A stretch of DNA of 64,000 nt. It comes from Hydrurus foetidus. Taxonomy: Eukaryota. Where the stretch lies: the NCBI GenBank assembly GCA_900617105.1, contig UYFQ01000806.1:1-64000 (forward strand), read 5' to 3'. Shown here in pieces: positions 23,847-38,228 of the stretch. The translations under genes were made by a program, and so were the position numbers. The first letter of the stretch is position 1. Every line of letters begins with the position of its first letter. Below the pieces are notes generated by a model. It did not search any database. It saw only the letters and a list, made by a program, of their open reading frames with translations, and had not been told where the DNA came from.

Positions 23847-26800
23847 ATTAGGACCTTATCAGACCCCCACGCTGAATTGTCGAATGGAATTGATTTGACG
23901 GAAGACAATGCGACATGGTGCGGAGAAGGGCAGCGCGGTCTATCAATCAACGAATAGTGAGCTCTACACTGCAGTTCAAGACAGCATCATGAACAACAGA
24001 AACACTGCCAGATGGAAGACAATGCGATTCATGGAAGCAGTCAAACGCCACCACACCACACCACACCACACCAAACGTCTTCTTACATCTCCTTTTTTCC
24101 GAGATCCAGACTTCTTGTCTTTCCTCGATTGACCCGCTTTGTCGTCATCGCTAGACACAGCCCCAGGAGGCAACATGTCGCGCATGTTAAAATCAGTTTT
24201 TTTCCTCTTCTCTTTCTTCGCCCCTTTGGCGCGTTTAACTTTTTTGTCTTCGAACGCGTCAGCAAGTGTTTGTGACAGAGGAAGTATGTCTATTGTTTTG
24301 TTCCCTGGCATTAAATAGAATAAATTCTCCTCGGCACTCCTTCCTGGGCGGTTACCAGACATTGCCGCGCCCTCTATGAAAGAAGGGGGGACGCCTTTAA
24401 AGGCTCCTGTTGAACTGCTGTTGCTGCTGCTGCTGAAGTGAGGAACTTCACTGCTGGCAGCATTGGGGTATGAGTTGCCATGTGCCTTGGACTGGTCCTC
24501 ACCAGGGAAGGCACTGCTGAGCAGCCTCGAGAGTCTCGTCTCCTCATCATCCATGTGGTGCTGCTCCATATGAGTTACGGGTAGAGCTGTAGCAAAGGCT
24601 AAAGTGGCTAAAGTTATGTTATCTGGCATTTCGAGTGCTAGCAACTTGCTGATTGCTGATGCGTTGAATGGCTGTCCCAGATCTAGACCCTCAGGGATAG
24701 GAACTCTTTTCTGTGCCTTCGAATGCACCTGAGAGAAAGAGAGAGATGAAATAAATAAATCTTTGCGAGGGACGGTGAGTGCAGAGAGGCGAAGTAGAGA
24801 AAGGAAAGAGATAGAGAGTAGACGATAATAGGAACGAAGAATGAAGGAGAGAAGAGGAGGAAAGGACATGCGGTGTGATATGTAGCTTTCGCACAGTCTA
24901 AGTCACTGGCATAATTATAATTCCTTCGATGCGATGCAACTGCTCTGCATCCCATTATCTCACCGCGTAGAATGCTTCGCCCACTGCAGCTGCCAGCACT
25001 CGAGCCTTCCTCCTTGCGACAGAGGCTCCCTGGTCGTCCACTGCCTTCACGCTCTGCACGGTGTACTCTGCATAGGTGCGGTGCGATGTGATGTGATGAG
25101 AGAGAATTGGGGTGATAGCGGCATGGGGTGTGACGGTTGATGGTTCTTGTAACGCTATGTTGTCCAGAGGAATGAGTTGTGAGATTTTTGAAGTGCTAAG
25201 CGCTGTCAATCACGAAGTCAATTGGTGTCAACCAGAGGCAGACAGACAGACAGACAGATGCATTGCTAAGTATTCATCGAAATCAAGGCGAACTGGATTG
25301 GACCTCCTTCGACTTGTAGACTAAATAGTAGATCTGATGCAGCAGCAGCAGCAGCAGCAGCAATACTGTTAATGACAGTGAGTAATCATAATGCGCACCT
25401 GGCATGTCTAAAAGGTCCTCCACCTCATCAAGCAAATTAGTTTCCTTGACTGCACCAGCAGCAACCTCTAACTTCTTGCCTTTCTTCCCCTTGCCCTTCG
25501 ACTCCACTAACTCTGACGGTTTCACTTCTTCTGCTGAGCTCTCCCAAGACAAGGACAGTATTTGCATTTCAGCCATTAGGTGGCGGAGGGTGGAGGCTCT
25601 CTCTTGCACTTCACTACTCACACTCTACAAAACAAAAAAAATACAGGAAAATCACTATATCAGTGAAGAGCGATTGAAAACTCCGCATACTCGAGATTCC
25701 AAATGTGTCATGATTTCCAATACATCAAATTTTCCACCTCAAATAACTGATCGCATGAGTGACATCGAGATAGAGTGGGTTTATCGATTAAAATGACAAG
25801 GGAATCTAATCGATGCCATAATGTGACATCAAATGAGACAACGTGATAAGATCCGAATTGGTTTGAAGTGGCGACACGAACTGATAGACAATTGAGTGTT
25901 TGTGTGGTATTACTTGTAAGAAAACCCCTAGTCTGCTCCTCGCGATGCCCACTAGGGAAGCTATCTCCCCCTCAGTACAGTCAGAACATGCACGTACGAA
26001 CACCTAGTGATGAGATGAGATGAGATGGGATGAGATGAAGATGAGGAAAAGAGTATCCACGAAGAAGGCGATGAGATATCAAAGAGGAAGAGTAATGCGT
26101 CATTAGAAAAGGGGATGATAGAGATGAGAAGAATCAGATAAGGAGGAATATACCGTGAGATAAGAAAATGAGAGTCAGGAGGACAATAAGATGGAGGAAA
26201 ACGTATTATGGGACGGCAAGGTCCAATGAGATGGAAATAACAATAAAGCAAAGAGTGCTGGCGACACTTCTAATCAACACACTTGCGGATAAAATAGAGC
26301 TGTCGTGGATGAAGATTAGGTCTAAACTACAGATAATTCACAGATATCAGGCGTAACAGTATGATACAATCGACAAATCTTACACACCTTCATAGCTGAC
26401 TGTATGTACGCTGTCTGCACATGTGGAGGCAAGTTAGTGGCTCTAGGATGCAGCAGTGCATCAACCACTAGGACGTGTACCGGCTGACCCCGCCAAGAAG
26501 ACCGGATGTCCTCTCCTGTAGGCCCCTCTATCCAATAGCCGGAATCACACGGTATGTTGTTGACATCGGCTAAAAAGGAGATGTATTCAGCGTGAGGTTT
26601 ATGTGAGAGGGTGGTTGGAGTATGCGATCTAGTGATGACTCGTGATCTGTGGAGTCATCAGTGTGTCTGACATAAAAGCTGAAGTGCTGTGCGGTACAGT
26701 GCAGCATGGTGAAATTTTGAAAACGGGAAAGCATCGTGGGAAGGAAAAATAAGATGCAATGAAAAGTGGGAAGTGCGTTGCGAACATCAGCCTGTCTCAG

Positions 26801-29800
26801 TACAGTACAGTACAGTACAGTACAGTACAGTACAGTACAGCGCAGTATCAGTGGCCCTCACCAGTGTCCTTCGCTATGAGAGATACTATTTCAGAGTACT
26901 CTCCTACTATCCACGCAGCAGCTTTGAGCACCTTAGAGTGAGAGAGAAGCAGAGTGATTTGAGGAGACAATAGGGGAATGCAACCGTGTAATAAACAGAC
27001 AGGCACATTGGGGAAGAGAGAAGGTGCGGTGCAGGAGAGATGTAAAGTTCGTATGCATAACACGTAACAGTGTAAAGCGCTCTCCGTTAGTATCACAGAC
27101 AAGCTCATCACCACTGCTTTCCCCTTCTCCCCTGACTCACTTCGCAGACTGTTTGTCTGGCCTGCCCCAAGATCAATGTGTCTGTCAGGAGCATGGAGAG
27201 CATGGACTCTACTGCATAGGGCCTCACTGTATCCACTCTCAGAGATATCTCGATCAGCTGGTCAGCCACCTCCTGTCCGTGCTTGGAACCTACGGGTTTA
27301 AGAGAAAGAAGGAGAAGAGTAGGAGAAGTAGAGGAAGGAGAGGATGAGGAGAAGAAGGAGTACTTAGAGGTGCATTCTATGTTCAGTATGCCGTGTTACA
27401 GCACAACATGGCGTGGGGATGTCAGTCAAGTGTAAATGACTGACGGATGCTGAGTGTGAAGTGGCATGGCGGTCACATGGCAGGACGATGAGTGATGTGA
27501 TTTGATTGAGCTCAATTCACGCGATGAGCAGTCGCAGCTCAATATAGTGACGTCATGCCCGTACTGTACGATACGTTCGGTACTGAAGTGCGTTGTATGT
27601 ACCTTGCATCACAGCGAGGTCCAGCAGAACAGAGGCGTACCACGCGAAATCAGTTACAAGACCAAATTTTTCTTTGCTGCACATATACAAGATCTTGGCT
27701 ATTAATTCGTCTCTGTAATTGCCTTCGGAATGTTTCACGTGCTGGGAAAATATAGTACAGTACATGGAGATGAGGGGGAGGAGTTAAAGTAAGAGAGAGA
27801 GTGAGAAGAGGTGGTGGTGGCTACGGATCTGCTGAGCCAATTAAGGACAGAGTCGATCACTGTCAAGCCAGGGTAGCGTCAGTCAGTGTTAGAGTCAGCA
27901 AATTAGGTTAGGAGGTCAATCAAGCAGACAGTCAATTAATTGGTAAGTGCATGACATGCTCTCTCTCGACTCAATACATGGGTCGGATAACTGCATGGTC
28001 ATGTCCTGTCCTATCCTTTCATATCCTATCCATGCTACCCATGTTATGCTATGCTTTCCTATCCCATCCGATCATAGTGCATCTCTCACCTGCAGTAGAT
28101 GGTGCACCAGCTCTACGAGACTTTTCCTGGACACAATACCTGCAAGCACTTCGAGGGACCTCGTGCGTATGGTGATGTCGTCATCCGTGAGACACCTGAG
28201 CACTATCTCCCTGTGGTCGCACACACTGCGCGGATTGCTCTGAAAGAAAGAAGAGTAGTGTTGTGTGGTGAAAGGAAGTGTGATACAATGAAGTTGATTG
28301 AGGTGCAGTGTGGTACAGTGCAGCGTAGAGCGATTAAGTGTAGTATACTGCAGCGCGAGGGTGTGAAAAAAGGCTTACGATGGATTGCTCTGGAAAAGTA
28401 CCGTGCAGTGCAATGCACTGCACTGCACTTAAGTGTGGTGAAGTGCAATGCAAGGGTGTGAAGGGTTGAGATGTCATGTTGTATACTTGTGAAAGCAGCA
28501 GTGTTTGGGCGGTATAGGTGGTGCATGCGAAGCATATGAAACACATATAGTGACGCCACAGCATGCGTCAGTATGCTTGCGTTTCAGTTGATATCATGCC
28601 GTTGATGAAGATGCAGGAGTAGCAGTGTCGCAACAAGTCGTTTCAAGAGAGACAGCAAGCATGAGTTCGGTGTTTCCCTCGGATGCATTTCCCTAATCGA
28701 CAAACCAAAATATCTTTATTGTTCTTGTACCTTCATAAGATTCACCAAACCAACCAGTCCCAGGTATTTTAAATTCTGATCGGGGTCCTCGATGAATCCC
28801 TAGGGGGGGTGAAAATGGCTATTTAGAGAGTGCTATTATCAATGTGCAGAAGCGATAAATAGAGGAGAGAACAGTTGTGGCCTCAATAGTCGGTTGCATC
28901 ATAGTGCTTGCAACAAATCATATTGGTGGAAAGATGCTGAGTGTTAGCATGACTTCCACTTGACAAACCTGCAGATAGTCGGAACACAACTTCACGACAG
29001 CGGGAGCGTTCTTAGAGTCAGAACCGTCCTCCCTCTTGGTGTAAGGCAGCGCTAGAGTGACTGTGTGGATGCATTCGTACTGGAGAGACTTCGCGCCAGT
29101 GTTCTGAATTATGGTCGACAAAGGCTCCAGCAGTTTCCTCGCTGAAGGAAATACCGGATAAATAACAAAGAGAAACTCGTCAATTGATGAGTAGCTTATA
29201 GAATAGAATACATGGGATGCTGCAGACAGGATGCGGTGATTAGATTACCTAGACGTGGCTCCTCTGATACGAGAGAGCCGAGTAATTTCACTACTTTGAT
29301 AAGCATCCAGTTGTTCGAAGAAGTCGTCAGAAGGCGGAAGAACTTTGGGGCCATCGCCAAGTAGTTCCTAGGATTCTTATTCGCTAGTTCACAGATGACG
29401 TTCACTGCAGTAGATATCACGGAGCTCTCGCTGTCATCTAGTCGATCTTTGAGTTTGTCAAAAGTCAGTCGCAGACCTTGCGGAAACTTCACATACAACT
29501 TGAACATAGCAAGCACCGCCTTTTTTCGCACGTAAGCTCGACTGTGATTCATCAGAACAACAAGATCAGAAATGCAATCCCTTGCCAGATCTTTAGTCGC
29601 AATATTGGCTAGACAATTTATAGCCATTCCAATTTCATACTGATTGTTACTCGCTGATGAGAATTCCTTCTTGAATAGATTTGTCGTCAACAAAATGACA
29701 TCTGTCGATTCTGTAAATGACTGAGATAAAATAAGCATTGTAAGATAGAGCGATTGAAGTCCAAATTTTCGAGAAGTTGGCATGATGTTCCGCTGAGTCA

Positions 29801-30164
29801 GATTTCGCCAATGTCACTACCTGATTGGCTGCAAGATAACCGACTCTCTTGTGCGCAAATCTTGTTTGAGACATAACTTCGACGATTGAAAAAGCAGCCC
29901 AACTTACATTGTACCCGATCATTTGCAAGTATGTCAGTTTTCTTATCTGGGAAAACAACGAGTTAGAATTAATTATGCTGATTTGTTTACGATACGAGGT
30001 TTGCTGATACTCACCGCTTCCGTCTTCAGGAAAGGATCTGTAGATCTTAATTCCACTTTTATGCTTGCCATAGACTGCGATATAAAGGCCGAGGGGTCCT
30101 TTTTATGACTTCTAATGCCTTTGATTAGATCCTGAAGACCTCGTTGAAAAATCGGATCTGACAT
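22613..30164 (-). CDS. AP3D1: AP-3 complex subunit delta (delta-adaptin), many exons
   Basis: N-terminus FQRGLQDLIKGIRSHK; KLTYLQMIGYNVSWAAFSIVEVMS; HKRVGYLAA; ELANKNPRNYLAMAPKFF...NNWMLIKVVKL; AAAWIVGEY; HSKAQKRVPIPEGLDL; Lys-rich hinge and C-terminal ear. Confidence 0.92.
23762..23846. repeat. (GAAA)n microsatellite in an AP-3 delta intron
   Basis: About 21 tandem GAAA units; forms the pyrimidine tract (TTTC)n before a minus-strand acceptor. Confidence 0.95.
26798..26840. repeat. (CAGTA)n microsatellite, intronic
   Basis: About 8 tandem CAGTA units. Confidence 0.9.
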
Positions 30165-30544
30165 AGTAGACGAGCCGGCTCTATATTAGCTTTAGGAATC
30201 TGCACGAGTTTGCGCAGGTGGCACGTCTGAGTCGATGCTCGTCGGTGGCACGTTCTTGAGGTTGATGCTTATGAGCTTCCCTTTGCATCAGTGTGAAATT
30301 AGTGTTAAATATACAGCTTTCCTGCTTTCCTTCACCTCAGCAAGCAGGAATGAAATATTTAGAAGAAAGTACCCAGAACCCAGATAAGGCTAATCTGGGT
30401 ATAATAATCTGGGTATAATCCCAAATCAACACGTATGCCTATAGTATTGCCTAGTATCTCCTGTCTTCTATCTTCCCTCTTCCCTCAGCTACTTTCGGAG
30501 ATCTTTATTTACTCAACAGCATAATCTGTTGAGCAATATCAAGA

Positions 30545-31468
30545 ATGTCGTCATCAACCGAGAGATTCAATGCATACGGGGAAACTCCATTAGATGATTT
30601 TAAAGTTGGCGGGAAACCTTCCAAACGCAATGCATCTCGTAAAAAAACACCTCTCGAAAACACATATCCTATTGATGAGACCGAACAGGATCAGATAATC
30701 TCAGAGTTGTTTCAAGATGCAGAAAGACTTGCAAAAAAAGGGAGGCGCTCGTTCCACTATCTGTTTCTCTTTATAGCTGGGATCTATGGAGCCACCCTCC
30801 TGTACAGTTTGAGATATCACATGGAAATGGAGCACCAGGTACTTTCACGGTGAAATCAGTTTACTTCCTCGACCCGAGGCCGCTCGGAACGCCTACCATG
30901 ACATCAATCCACCATGTTGTCTTGAATTTACTGTACCTGTGCTGCTCTCAGAGGTTTTTTAGGAACACCGTACAAGAGTGGGGATTCCAGTCTTTCTACG
31001 TAGCATCCGCCGTGTGCTACATCTCATCAGCCATATTTGTGAAGGTGAACCTATTCGCTGATGCCCGTATTCTCATCTTTAATTCGTGATTGACCTATCC
31101 AACTTTTTCCACAGCACGGTTTCCAGAAGAAGTCGTTTATAACGAACATTCCGTTCCTTGTCAGTTTCTTCATCGGTATTCTTTCCGCACTTCTCTGGAT
31201 GTTCCTGATTCTCGGCATGGACGACCCCATTTCCGTTCTCGGTAATTATTTTTGGATGCCATTCGCAAACATATTAGGTAAGATCAACTGTATCACTTCC
31301 GAAAAATCGATTATTAGATGCCTCCAGTTGCACATGTTGATGAAGCTTTTGTTCACGCCATGCACAAAAGGTCTGATGCTTGCTTGCTATGTGGACCGCG
31401 ACGCAATTAATTTACTGAGGGATGCGAAACAGATCGAGAATGTGAAGTACACCTTTAAAGACATTTGA
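30545..31468 (+). CDS. Small multi-pass membrane hypothetical protein, about 4 exons, divergent from AP-3 delta
   Basis: ORF pieces 30545.., 30850.. and 31199.. with hydrophobic segments, linkable by GT-AG introns. Confidence 0.55.
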
Positions 31469-33284
31469 ACTGGCAGATGAAGACATAAGATGATTCCCTG
31501 GCACTCTTTCCTTTTGAAACGTTCATAAAACTTAATCAGGGAGTGCAATGCTCAGCCGCTCGAACGCCATTTCCGATCGATTGCGACATATGCGCGACAA
31601 TAGATTCGAATTGCAGTAGATGTACATCATGTCAGCAGACTTGAGACAGGGTGTGACGCTGACATTACACAGAACAAAATTGATTAAGAACTACGCCATC
31701 ACTGAGAGAAGATGAAGCGATGCAGCGATGTTAAGGCTTCCATCGGGGATAGATGTCGATATCGGATTCACCGTGTGAGAGCTCGCCTGGGGACGGTCTG
31801 GTCCAATCCATCAGGGTCATCTGATTATAACTGAACCTCTCTGGCGCATCCAAGATTTGCTACGGCTGAAAGTATCCTACGGAGGGGTGACTATAATGGC
31901 CTCTGTTCGCTTCCGCGCGCACGATGGAAGCCACTAAGGATGGTGTGCTCAGTCTATCTTTCAGATTCAGCACTTCCAACTCACTTCAACTACAGCAAAG
32001 ACTTTAACCGATCTATGAGATCATTTAGTTGCGTATGGACTGACAACGACATTAATTATCTCGGTGTAGCGGAGTTGTTTTTTGTTTGCTAATAGTACAT
32101 AGTACAGTACGGAATTCTCAAGGACCATGTGCGCTGTCAGTCGCATGATACAGGGATGCGGTCAGTTCTGGAAGATTTCGTAAAGTGACCTCTCGAGAAT
32201 TTTTCTGAAAGAGATGGCAGACAGACGTTCTCGACATTAAGCGTAGTTCAGATCGTACAATGAAGCTGTGGTCCGTGATTTTAACTGCATCACTGAACAG
32301 CGCTTCACGGACTGGGTATTTCAGTCTACAAAGAAACAGTTCAGATCTCCTATATAGCACTTGATCACTGCAGTTATTATCTGAGCCTAACTGATGCGAT
32401 GCGTCATTTACCGCCGTTGAATCCGAAGTTTGATTGACCAAATTCATACGGTGGATGTGCCTACACACCTAGAACACATCGAGATATCTACCCGAATATT
32501 CGACGACAAACTGAAGAAATGATGATATTCAGCAGTTATTCGACACTTAAAATAAAACAGATATGAAGCTCAACGTAACGTAAAAAGGAATACGCACGTA
32601 CTGAAAAGTCCTCAAATAAGGAATCAAAAGAATGAATGAATTCTGAGAATACTGCATTCGCAAATCCGCGGAATTGAAGCGAAGATCAAAATCAAGGTCT
32701 CCTGTTCCTTCTGTCAGATGTAGGCCGCTGCTATTGACTGCTAAGCTCAATAGAATAGACGCTATATCGGATGTGTGGACAGCGAACAGTGGTACTGTGG
32801 CATCTGTGACAGTGGTGTTACTGATGTGATGTAATTTGTGCACATGTAAAATAAGAAGGGATGTAACGTCGCGCTTTCGAGCGCTGTAAAATATAAAACA
32901 AGTATGACCGCGATACGGATAGTCGCGTAGTAAGCATGGAACGGGCGGGTTGTGAATGTAAAGGGGGGGGTCAAGTGAAGCAAATAAAAGGAGAACGAAT
33001 AGAAGTAAATAAAGAAAAGTAAGAGTCATTTGGTTCGACGCGATGGATGATTTCGTAAGAGTTCAAATCAGCTGCCTAACTGTTGGCATAATCCAGTCAG
33101 TGTCGTAGCGGTGCTCGTTGAAGTGTGATCAAAGGTACCATCGCATCATTGCCTCAGCTCTCCCTTCACAGTGCTCGTTATATGTGATATCGGAGATGCA
33201 TATCGCGAAGTTGGATGGTGCAATTAGTATGTTGAGGCAAAGTCGATCCTATCCGTTATACTCCGCTGGCTTGGCTCAGCTCGG

Positions 33285-36200
33285 TCATGCGTTGCTCTTC
33301 GAGAATGGGTAAACCTGATCGAAGTAAACTCTGGTCAGAGAGATCGGCCTGCAGCCATCATGCGGAACTGTGTCAGACGGAACTGTGTCCGATGAAAGTG
33401 TGTCGGACGGAGCTGTTTCGGAGATAGTCGGTGCCATGAGGACACGCGGAGTAGAAGGATTAGAGATCCTGTATATCACGTCTCGACTGTGATTGGTACC
33501 GCTGACTATTATCTTATCATCTGGGTCCTCTTCAGAAAGTTGCGTGTGAATGGGTGGTAACTTTTTTTTCTCGCCTTTCGACCTATTGAAGTACAGAAAG
33601 CTCGCCAAAACGCCGAAGAGCAGCCCTCCAACACACCCACTAGCGACGGCAGCGGTAGTAGTCAACGAAGACTCATCGACGGCTGGGGTCACTGCAGGAG
33701 CGCGAGATAGGTCCACAGTCTGCAGGTTGGTCACTTCATCGATGATCAAGCCGCTCTTCTTCGAAAGTGTGGTCAGGAATTCTCCGCTGCTCATTGCAAT
33801 CTGTAGCGACACGATTACCTGCTCGGGCGTCATGCCATCTACGCTGACAGTGTACGACAATGTCACGCTAGATAGGAGTCTGCGTCCGCTTGCTGTGGTG
33901 GTGATGTCTGTCACCAATGCTTCCGGCACTCCGAGAACAGAGATCACGCTAAATAACACAGCTTTGGCGAAGACCACGTTTGTCGTCTCCACCAACTCTA
34001 CACCCATAAGGGTCTGGGTCGAACGAATGGTCGCTGCTTTTGGTTTAGTCGGCGTACCAGAGTTGGTTGGAGAGCTGCCGCTGGCTTTAATGGCGGATGG
34101 GCGGAACGTAGGTCTTTTTGGCTTTCTTGTGGGCTTGCCAGGCTTCCGGGTTGGCATGGGAGTTGGAAGTTGGTCAGGGGTTGTTGGTAGACTGGTCGGC
34201 TGGAGGTTGTTGTCTGATCCTGTTGGCTGTGCAGAAGTCGCTCTGAGGGTAGGTCTGCGAGTTGGAGTTTTCGTGGTTGGCAGGAATGTTGGTGCAACTG
34301 AGGGCTTACTGGTGCTTGGCGATGGTGTGGGACTTCTCGAATACCCATTAGTGACTGCGCCTAGGGCGAGGAAAGTGGCCTCCATCTTCCCGTAGTTGAT
34401 GGACCCAAGACCAGTGGCAGGGTCCCACCCCTTGGTTGCGTGGAAGCCATGAGGACAGCATGGAGTAGTGGCAGAGCAGGTGTTGTTGCCTGTCACGATG
34501 TCGTTCACGAATGATGCAGCATGAGTGTATAGAGCGGGGTTCATCCACCCAAGAGTTCCTTTACCGACAGCCATGCGGGCAGCGTTGATGTTTGAGATGG
34601 CGGCGGCAGCTACAGGAGTGGAGGCAGAGGTGCCGGCCTTGCCACCGTACTGTCCGTACATGATAACTAGGTAGTTCAGACCTTGCATGGAGATATCCGG
34701 ATACGCTCTGCCCCCAGCATTGAAGCCAGGAAATGGTTTTTTGCCAGTGGCTGCAGCAGTGACGAAGTAATCACTGACCGCTTTGGCTTGATAGTTGGGC
34801 TGGCTGTATACTTGCGAGAAGCCGCCTCCTGAAGTTATCCTGCCGGTAGTGCCGGCAGAGCACACAACTTCTCTTTCGTTGTTCTCCGCTCCCTGGTGGC
34901 ATGAAAGTTGAGGAGCAGATGAGATCATAATTGGCAGGCTCGTGGTTATATAGAACACATCGATCATATGACGCTGCCTGTCGCACTCACCGATGTGGCC
35001 CCAACAGCAACAACGTATGGATGTGATGCAGGAAATAGAGGGTAGTAGCCGCAATTGTGTAGTGCCCCTCCTCTGGCCGCTCCGCTCACTGCTCCGTCAT
35101 CGCCTGATGCTGCGACGAGAGTTGTGCCTCTAAGACTGAGTTTGATGACCTCCGTATTAAATTGAGCATACTCGGCGTATGAGTTGTACACCTCTTCCAA
35201 GCCGTAGCTGATGCTCAATACGCGAGGCGGGATGAGCATGTCGGTCATTGTTAGCATCCAACACGAAATGCTTGACGGGTGCCAGCCGTAAATCGTGGGA
35301 GATTCGGGTGACATGGCGATGAGGTACTGGATGTCCAGATTGCCTCCGCCGTGGTATCCGTTCGGTCCCATCACCGTAGGATCGCCAGAAACGTGACCGA
35401 AAGAACCAGCGATCGCCGGCTGATTAAGTTTGATGTGGTCGAGGGACTGGAATAGTGCCAAATCCTCCGGGTTGAGCCAGTCGTCACCACCGGCATACGC
35501 CTCCTGGGTCGATAGCGCGCTGCCATGGCTGGTACTGAAGTTATAGTACCTCCTCAAATCGTGAGGTAGCACATATCCATACGAGTAACGCGATGTATCC
35601 ATGTGACTCTTGCTGCTCTTCTTCGACGTCGTGTACTCAGGTGGTACTTCGTATGTTTCGCCTTTCATGGTAACTCTGACGGGCATTTCGATGGCGTTTA
35701 GAACGTAGGTGACATGTTCATCGAGTTCGATGGGAATTGAATAAGCCTCAGCTCTTATCGTCTCTTTGACATCTCCGTTGAGCTGTCTTTGGTGAAATTT
35801 GAAGAATTGTGTGTTCAGAGCTTTGTCCCACATAGATATTGGAGCAACTGCTGTGATATATTCGCCATAACGAGACTCGGATTTGATGGTTGCGCCATTG
35901 GCCTGCAGATATGAGACTGTTGCATCGCGCGCCTGAATGTTTGAAGTCATGGCGCCAACTTGTTCTCCGCTCCAGTGCTGGCCGTAGTTGGGGCTCGTAG
36001 GATCTGAGACATCGTGTAGAGCTCGCTCCAGCTCATCAATATTGTTTTGTTTCACGGCAAATACCAGCTCGTGCGGATAGTCGTGATGGATATCTGCTCG
36101 TTTTACAAGATCACTGCGAGAGGCTAGAAGCGGCATGCCTTCCTTGTAGATGTGGGTCTTGGCGGATCCTTGGTCGCCTCGTGACAGGATGTCCAACGCG

Positions 36201-36286
36201 TGGTCTTCGATGCGTGCGTTCAAGAGCCCTCTGCAGCATGTGATCACTGAGAAGGTTACGAGGAAGCTGCGGAGGATACTAGACAT
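33285..36286 (-). CDS. Peptidase S53 (sedolisin/TPP1-like) precursor with prodomain, Pro/Thr-rich stalk and C-terminal TM helix; copy 1, intron 34990-34893
   Basis: Signal peptide; prodomain VSDPTSPNYGQHWS; NLDIQY, SISYG, ASGDDG, GGGFS, GRAYPDIS, GTSASTP, GWDPATGLGS; TM AVASGCVGGLLFGVLASFLYF. Confidence 0.9.
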
Positions 36287-36545
36287 GATGAAGGCTTCAG
36301 ACTTCTGTTGTCTTTGCGGTAAACAGGTATTTCAGCCAATCTAGCTGTAGAGATGCTGAGCAACTTGTGACATGATATCCTACAAGCTGACGTTGAGTTC
36401 ACTTCGCGACTGCTGCATCAACGAAGACGATTACGTCGCTTTGGAGATTTCTCGAGGAGGAATAGGTTTAGATAAAATAATGTTCGTCAATTTTTAATTT
36501 ATACGCATCATCGGAGGGTTCGAGAGTTTGAGTTTCCCCATAACA

Positions 36546-38228
36546 TACAGCACACCATATCCCTTCTCCCCGAAGTTCCGTTGAACCGCACTGTACGCAC
36601 GCAAACCCGAAACGTCTTGAGGTGCAGCAGTGCCGCCCGCCGAACCCCGCCGTATCAATTATGCATTACTTTGTGTGTGCTTTGTATTGTTAACGAATTG
36701 ACCATAATTGCAGTAGGCTTTGTTGTTGCAAGTATTCACTCTTCGAAATAGTTCATAACATAGGGACGGTAAGATAAACTTATCAAATTATTACGTAAAA
36801 CGATTGGGATTTACTTTAAAAGTTCATCATCTGAAATAGCGCTTTCATCAAAATAAAGAAAAGATTGCTTGTATCATGAGCGATGTTAATGAACTTACAC
36901 TTTCATTAATGGAAAAATCGATGCTCTACGCTAGCACAAATTACCAGTTATTCTTTCCATGAAATAAGTATTTGCCTGCACTGATAGGTTAGTTGTGAGT
37001 CCCGGTTTCCCCATTAAAATGCATACAACTGCATAAAATTCATAGGCTACTGCATACATAGGATGCTGCAACTAGTTGCATTGGAGGTATTCAGCTGAGA
37101 TGGGAAACCTCTTCAAAATCAGAGCATCTCTGACATCGAAGTATGATGAAGCTGTGCTGATGTTCGCCTTCTTCGTTTATTGATTTTTCGTGCGCGATTT
37201 ATCCCAGCCTGCAACGTATGCACGTTTCCATGTCACATCACTGAAACGGAATACGAATAATGAGGCACTTTGCCATTTAGATGCATACAGTACTAAATCA
37301 GCGGTAGGTAGGTGATCCATTACAGCCCTCTAGAAATCGGCGCATCTCAGATCTCATAGTATGTATGATGCACTTATTCTGTTGTTCGGGTTCTCCATTC
37401 ACTGAATTTATACTGTATAGCACGCATAAAGTTGTTCACCCTATAGTGGGCAACGTACAGTAACTATGTATGATGTACTACACCACTATGTACTACGTAC
37501 TTCTACACCATATACCATATTACATATTATATTATATATTATATATATTATGTGTGAACGTACACAGTACACAGTATTTCCGTATTTCCGGATAAAATAA
37601 TCGGTATGGTACCGTACCATACCGTAGGGTCCCGGGTCGGCGACGGTATATAGCAGGAAGAATTCCGAATCAAACCCTCTGATGTGTGAAAGGAGAATAA
37701 GGAATAAATCGACGAACATTATTGGAAAACCCTCAAAGCGACGTAATCGTCTTCGTTGATGCAGCAGTCGCGATGGAACACAACGTCACATTAAAAAAAG
37801 ATTCTTCATAAATCATACAACATTAACCAAACTAGACGTGAATAGCTCTCTCGAATATACCGCAAAGACAACAGAAGTCTGAAGCCTTCATCATGTCTAG
37901 TATCCTCCGCAGCTTCCTCGTAACCTTCTCAGTGATCACATGCTGCAGAGGGCTCTTGAACGCACGCATCGAAGACCACGCGTTGGACATCCTGTCACGA
38001 GGCGACCAAGGATCCGCCAAGACCCACATCTACAAGGAAGGCATGCCGCTTCTAGCCTCTCGCAGTGATCTTGTAAAACGAGCAGATATCCATCACGACT
38101 ATCCGCACGAGCTGGTATTTGCCGTGAAACAAAACAATATTGATGAGCTGGAGCGAGCTCTACACGATGTCTCAGATCCTACGAGCCCCAACTACGGCCA
38201 GCACTGGAGCGGAGAACAAGTTGGCGCC
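36546..38228 (+). repeat. 1.68-kb direct duplication, copy A (copy B at 42325-44007)
   Basis: Sequence and ORFs recur at offset 5779 (37486/43265, 37893/43672); one T/C difference seen (gaattgacc vs gaatcgacc). Confidence 0.92.
37893..38228 (+). pseudogene. 5' fragment (112 codons) of the S53 protease gene truncated by the transposon
   Basis: Identical to 43672-44007 up to ...GEQVGA, then runs into the transposon left TIR. Confidence 0.88.

Noticed and set aside
23577..23957. ORFs with KKER / FFLS repeats
   Set aside because: Translation of the intronic (GAAA)n microsatellite
32547..33029. Similar hydrophobic ORFs downstream of both S53 copies (32547..33029 and 46762..47190)
   Set aside because: They lie in duplicated 3' flanking DNA and their translations diverge completely after the shared block; probably non-coding
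33550..34395. 281-aa + strand ORF opposite the S53 stalk
   Set aside because: Antisense to a Pro/Thr-rich coding region, which is naturally poor in reverse-strand stops
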